From assembly GCA_043228905.1 (NCBI GenBank), contig JBHGNT010000001.1:17360001-17424000 (forward strand): a DNA stretch of 64,000 bases, written 5' to 3'. The DNA comes from Azolla caroliniana (lineage: Eukaryota > Plantae > Polypodiophyta). The position numbers and the translations under genes are program-made. The notes beneath the pieces were generated by a model, which saw nothing but the letters and a program-made list of their open reading frames with translations, did no database searches and was not told the DNA's origin. Positions 59,576-64,000 of this stretch are shown piece by piece (position 1 is the first letter of the stretch; every line of letters starts with the position of its first letter).

Positions 59576-62504
59576 TACAACATGAGACTAATAGACCCGA
59601 TGAGCGTCAGGGTGAACCATCATTTGTCGTAAAGCCATTTACGAGAGAAAAAAAGGAAAGATCCGAAGAAGCAATCTGCACGTGGCTGGGCCGATGGGAG
59701 TCTCATTTTGAGCTCTATCCCATGCTAGATAGTATGAAGATTGCATATGTCGGTAGAGAACTAGGAGGTAAGGCCACCGCTTGGTGGCGTGGGCTCCGAA
59801 ATTTGGGGAAACTGACCAATACCTGGACAGATTTTGTCATAGTTTTTAAAGGCCAATTTCTGCAACCTCCCTCTCGAACCGAGGCAGCACAAGCTTGAAT
59901 GAACCTCTCTAGCAGGAAATTTTCCTCGCTAGAAGACTATGTCCACCATGCTAGAACCCAAATCCAAAAATCAGCTCTACTATGGGACAATTGGTTAATA
60001 GCTTGTTTTGTCAATGGCATCCCCAATTTGGACTATCACTGGATAGTGCACGATAAGGATCCAAAATCCTTCGAAGACGCCGTTGAAATAGTTCTTTACT
60101 ATCAGCGCACTTCGAAGAAGGACCATAACAAACCCAACCAAGCACCCGGGACTAAGCAGTGACAATTCGCTGGGAAACGCAAGACGCCCAACGAATTCAT
60201 GGATCGCGATTGTAAGCGACAACATCCTTTTTGCGTATTCTGCAAAAAGAAGGGTCATACAAAAGAACAATGTCAAAAGCTCCAACGGAAAGAGCACGAC
60301 AACAAAGCAAAAGTTGCAGACCATAAAGGTCAGATTCCTAATATCCTTGAGGTCTATACACATCATTTAAGTAATTGTCAATGTTTTTTCACTCACTATG
60401 TATTGGGACCCAATGATTTACTACGTGCAAACGGGTATGTCAATGGATCTCCCGTACAATTTTTATTTGATTCGGGAAGCTCACACAATTTTGTGAATGA
60501 TCGTTTGGTTTAGATATGGGGAATCCAACCCTCCGTAAGTGATCACACCTATAGGGTGCACTTGGTTGATGGAAGAGTACAATACATCAACAGGGCGATT
60601 CATTCATTAGGAATTTCTATTGATACTTATGTACAGGAAGTAGACTTCCATGTAATGAATCTTTGTACCACTGGGTTATCCCTGGTTTTATAATAAAAAC
60701 TCTTCTTTGTCTATTGATTGGGTTCGTCATTCCATTTCCTTTGTACTAAATGATTGTACTCATTTTATTCAATGTGTAAATAAACAATCCCTTTCGATTA
60801 TGTCATCTCCATCAATATCTGAGTTGTCTTGTTCTTCTTTATTTTATTGTGTACTTGATCCAAACATTCACGTGTATAATATTGATAAAGTCTCTCAATT
60901 GACATATTTTGAACAACAACAACTCGATACAATATTAAATGATTTTGATGATGTTTTTCTAAGTGAACTACCACATGGGTTACCTCCTAAACATAATATA
61001 GACCATCGTATAGATATTGTACCTGGCGTTGCACCAATAAGTGTACTTCCTTATCGCTTAAGTCAATCTGAAGAGGATGAGGTAGCTAAGCAACTCAAGG
61101 ACTATTTACGAATGGGTTATATATGTTATAGTAAATCTCCATGGGGTGCACTAGTTCTCTTGGTTAAAAAGAAAGAGGGCACATGGTGTATGTGTATAAA
61201 TTACCAACGCTTGAATAAAGTGACGATCAAGAGTTCGTATCCATTGCCCCGGGCTGACAATCTAATTGACCGTCTCCAGGGAGCTCAGTATTTTACGAAA
61301 CTTGATCTCCGTACGGGCTACCATCAAATTCATATAAGTGAGGACGATGTTCTTAAAACGGCATTTCGCACGCGCTATGGCCATTATGAGTTTTTGGTTA
61401 TGCCTTTTTGTTTGACCAATGCTCCGGCCACATTTCAACAAGAAATGAATGACAATTTCCGAGAACAACTTGGAAAATTTGTCGTTATTTTCTTGGATGA
61501 TATTTTAGTTTATAGTCGTACATTAGAAGAACATGCTAAACATGTCCACTTTGTTTTACAAACATTGCGTGACAAACAGTTTTACGCGAAGATCTCAAAA
61601 TGCGAGTTCTTCTAGAAATCAATTACTGATTTGGACATCTCATAACCGAACGAGGAGTTGAAATTGATCCTTCTCACATCGAGAAAATCAAACCTTGGCC
61701 TACTCTTCGGAATATTCGAGAAGTTCGATCATTCCTTGGTTTTGTCGGGTTTTTGCGAAAATCCCTTCGTAATTACTCCCAATTGACGACGTCATTTACT
61801 GATCTTCTAAAAGGTCAAACGCGTAAGTCTACAAAACCTATTGTGTGGAATCCTACACTAGAACTCCCCTTTAAGGAACTCAAGGACCTGGTATGCAAGG
61901 CTCCTTCACTCCTTTTACTTGATCCTTCAAAACCTTTTGAGGTAGAAACCGATGCAAGTGATTATGCTATAGGTGTTGTCTTATATCAAGATGGTCAACC
62001 AATAGCATTCGAGAGTAAGAAACTTGATTTTGTTCAATGTCGGTATACCGTTCAAGAAAAGGAGTTATTTGTAGTTATACATGCGCTCAAAACATGGCAC
62101 CATTATCTCTATGGAAATCGTTTTGTGGTAACTACGGACCACGAGTCCTTGAAATATTTTTGTGACCAACAAGACCTGAAAGGTCGTAAGGCATGATGGG
62201 CTGATCTCATCTATGACTTTGATTTTTCCATACGATATCGTAAAGGTTCCATGAACATTGTCGCTGATGCACTAAGTCGCATACGTGAAGTTAACATGCT
62301 TAGCTTCAATGAAATAACATCATATCTGTATGATCACCTTCGAGGAAAGTATCCTGATGACAGTTACTTTGCGAAATTACTTTGCGAAATATTGGGCAAG
62401 AGTTGAGTCTGGAACAGACACCACCACCTCCTCAAAGGAATCCTTCCACATTGCTAACGGTCTACTCTACCATAATGGGAAGGTTTGTGTTCTAGATTTG
62501 CGTG
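59566..62504 (+). pseudogene. pol: Gag-pol of Z (gag, knuckle, PR, RT, RH, IN start); N-terminus at 39416-39586
   Basis: [55 protein letters not shown] and VETDASDYAIG. Confidence 0.9.
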
Positions 62505-64000
62505 TGTCATGATATGGCAAGACTCGAACCCATGACCTTATGCTACATGGGTCGAGCTTTTGACCATTAAACTATACATTGTAATACATAGAATATTATT
62601 TTCTTTTATGTTTTATTATAGAAAATTGATGTATATTCCAGATTTCTCTGGAACATTCTAGAAACTTCAGGAGTATTCCTTAGAACACTATAAAAGGAGG
62701 GACAAGGCATTATTTCGAACCAAATTGGTTCAATGCCAGTCTTAAGCCTCCTAGCTACTGTACATTTTCTTCACATAATATATATATTTTCTTATCATCA
62801 CTCTCTCTCTCTATCTCTCGATCTCTCTCTCCCTCCCTCTCACTCACTCTTTCCTTCTCTCGAGAGTTCTTCACCTCTCGTAGTACTAATACTTCTTTTA
62901 GTACTAATTCCTTCTCTGTCTTAGTACTATTCCTAACAGTTTGAACCGATTTTCCCTACCTTCTGTCTCTCTCATTTCCTACTAATCTCTTATTCCTCTT
63001 TTCTTTCATCCCATGGCCACTGTTAGCGCTGAAGAATATCAATCTGTTTTCTCGGAATTTCAATGCTTGAAAGAGAAGTTCCATGCTTTGGAACAAGAAA
63101 ACCAACGGTTGCTGGGGGATCTTCAACAAATCTCCTTAGAAAAGCAACAAACGTAACAACAGCATGGGGAACTTGCGTTACGCGTGCAACAACTCGAAGC
63201 AACCATCGTAGCGATGCAACAACAAGGGCCCGGAACACAAGGGATTCATAAAGAACCCAAGATTGGCCTTCCCACGAAGTTCGATGGAACGCGATCGCAG
63301 TTTAGGGGGTTCCTTAACCAGGTACGATTAGTTATTCAAATGCATCCTTCCCGATATCCCACCGATGCATCACGAGTGGGTTTAGTAGGCACTTTGTTAA
63401 GTGGCTCAGCGTTGGCATGGTTCGCTCCGCTATTAGAAAAGGAATCTCCGTTACTCAACAATTTTGAAGAGTTTCTAGGTGAGTTTAAAGCATGTTTCGG
63501 AGATACTGACAGCATCAGGACCGCAATCAACAAAATTCGGCGATTACACCAAGGTGACCGTCCAGCCTCCGCATACGCTGCAGATTTTCGCCTACTCGCC
63601 GCCGATATCCCTTGGGATGATCAAGTGTTGATGGAGCAATTCCGTTATGGTTTACACAATGACGTCAAGGATTTACTCTTGACCTTCCCCGAAGAGCCAA
63701 AGTCCTTAACAGAAGCAATCAGTCACGCGGTGAGATGTGACAACCGCCTCTTTGAGCAACGTTCGGAATGACAGCTACAGATGCTGAGGGCAAGATCAGA
63801 GCCCACCTACGCCTCAGTGGTAGCAAGAACTTTTCCGAGGGAGTCATATAATGCGCCTCCAGCGAATACTCCGACTCCGATGGAGATTGACACTACACGT
63901 CGTCGAGGGCCATTATCCGAAGAAGAAAAGCAGCGACGCCGTACAAATCGACTATGTCTTTACTGCGGTGGACCAGGACATATTGCAATAAATTGGCCCC
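62505..64000 (+). mobile_element. Tcn1-like chromovirus D (family of A and C): 5' LTR and gag; inserted in the integrase of Z and continuing beyond the window
   Basis: LTR 62505-62938 is followed by GTTTGAACCGATTT. Gag from 63013 is collinear with A, with stops at about 63154 and 63769. Confidence 0.95.
63013..64000 (+). pseudogene. gag: Gag of D with premature stops
   Basis: ORF 63184-63771 is nearly identical to A gag. Confidence 0.9.

Larger units (their letters stand above)
31676..64000 (+). mobile_element. tRNA-Met-primed chromovirus-type Gypsy Z, the outermost host of the nest; continues beyond the window
   Basis: 5' LTR split as 31676-32118 plus 37823-37834. PBS TGGTATCAGAGC at 37837-37848. 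Long 5' UTR. Gag from 39416 is split by X and resumes in frame after X. PR, RT and RH run to 62504. Confidence 0.85.

Overview
This is non-genic, heterochromatin-like plant nuclear DNA. It is most likely from a fern or other seed-free plant; that is an inference from the element families present and a PLS-type PPR relic. Most of the window is nested LTR retrotransposons. At left, a Tork/Tnt1-like Copia hosts a Copia, which hosts a Gypsy (1-9828). Next come a 1.7-kb array of the palindrome TAGCTAATTAGCTA beside a decayed spliced gene, a PPR pseudogene, two more Tork-like Copias, and L1 LINE fragments. From 31676 to the end is a four-level nest: Met-primed chromovirus Z > Trp-primed Gypsy X > Trp-primed Gypsy Y > very young Tcn1-like chromovirus A, with further Tcn1-like copies B and D also inserted in Z. 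The most notable signals are these. (1) Tf1-type self-priming duplexes, with a compensatory base-pair change between two chromovirus families. (2) An antisense tRNA-like A-box/B-box cassette at the outer edge of U3 in several LTR families. (3) Two kinds of conserved -1 frameshift signal. (4) A Trp-primed family with 4-bp ACGT target duplications and a DHG protease motif. (5) Family-specific palindromic motifs. No intact host gene was found. All calls were made by eye; clade names are provisional.
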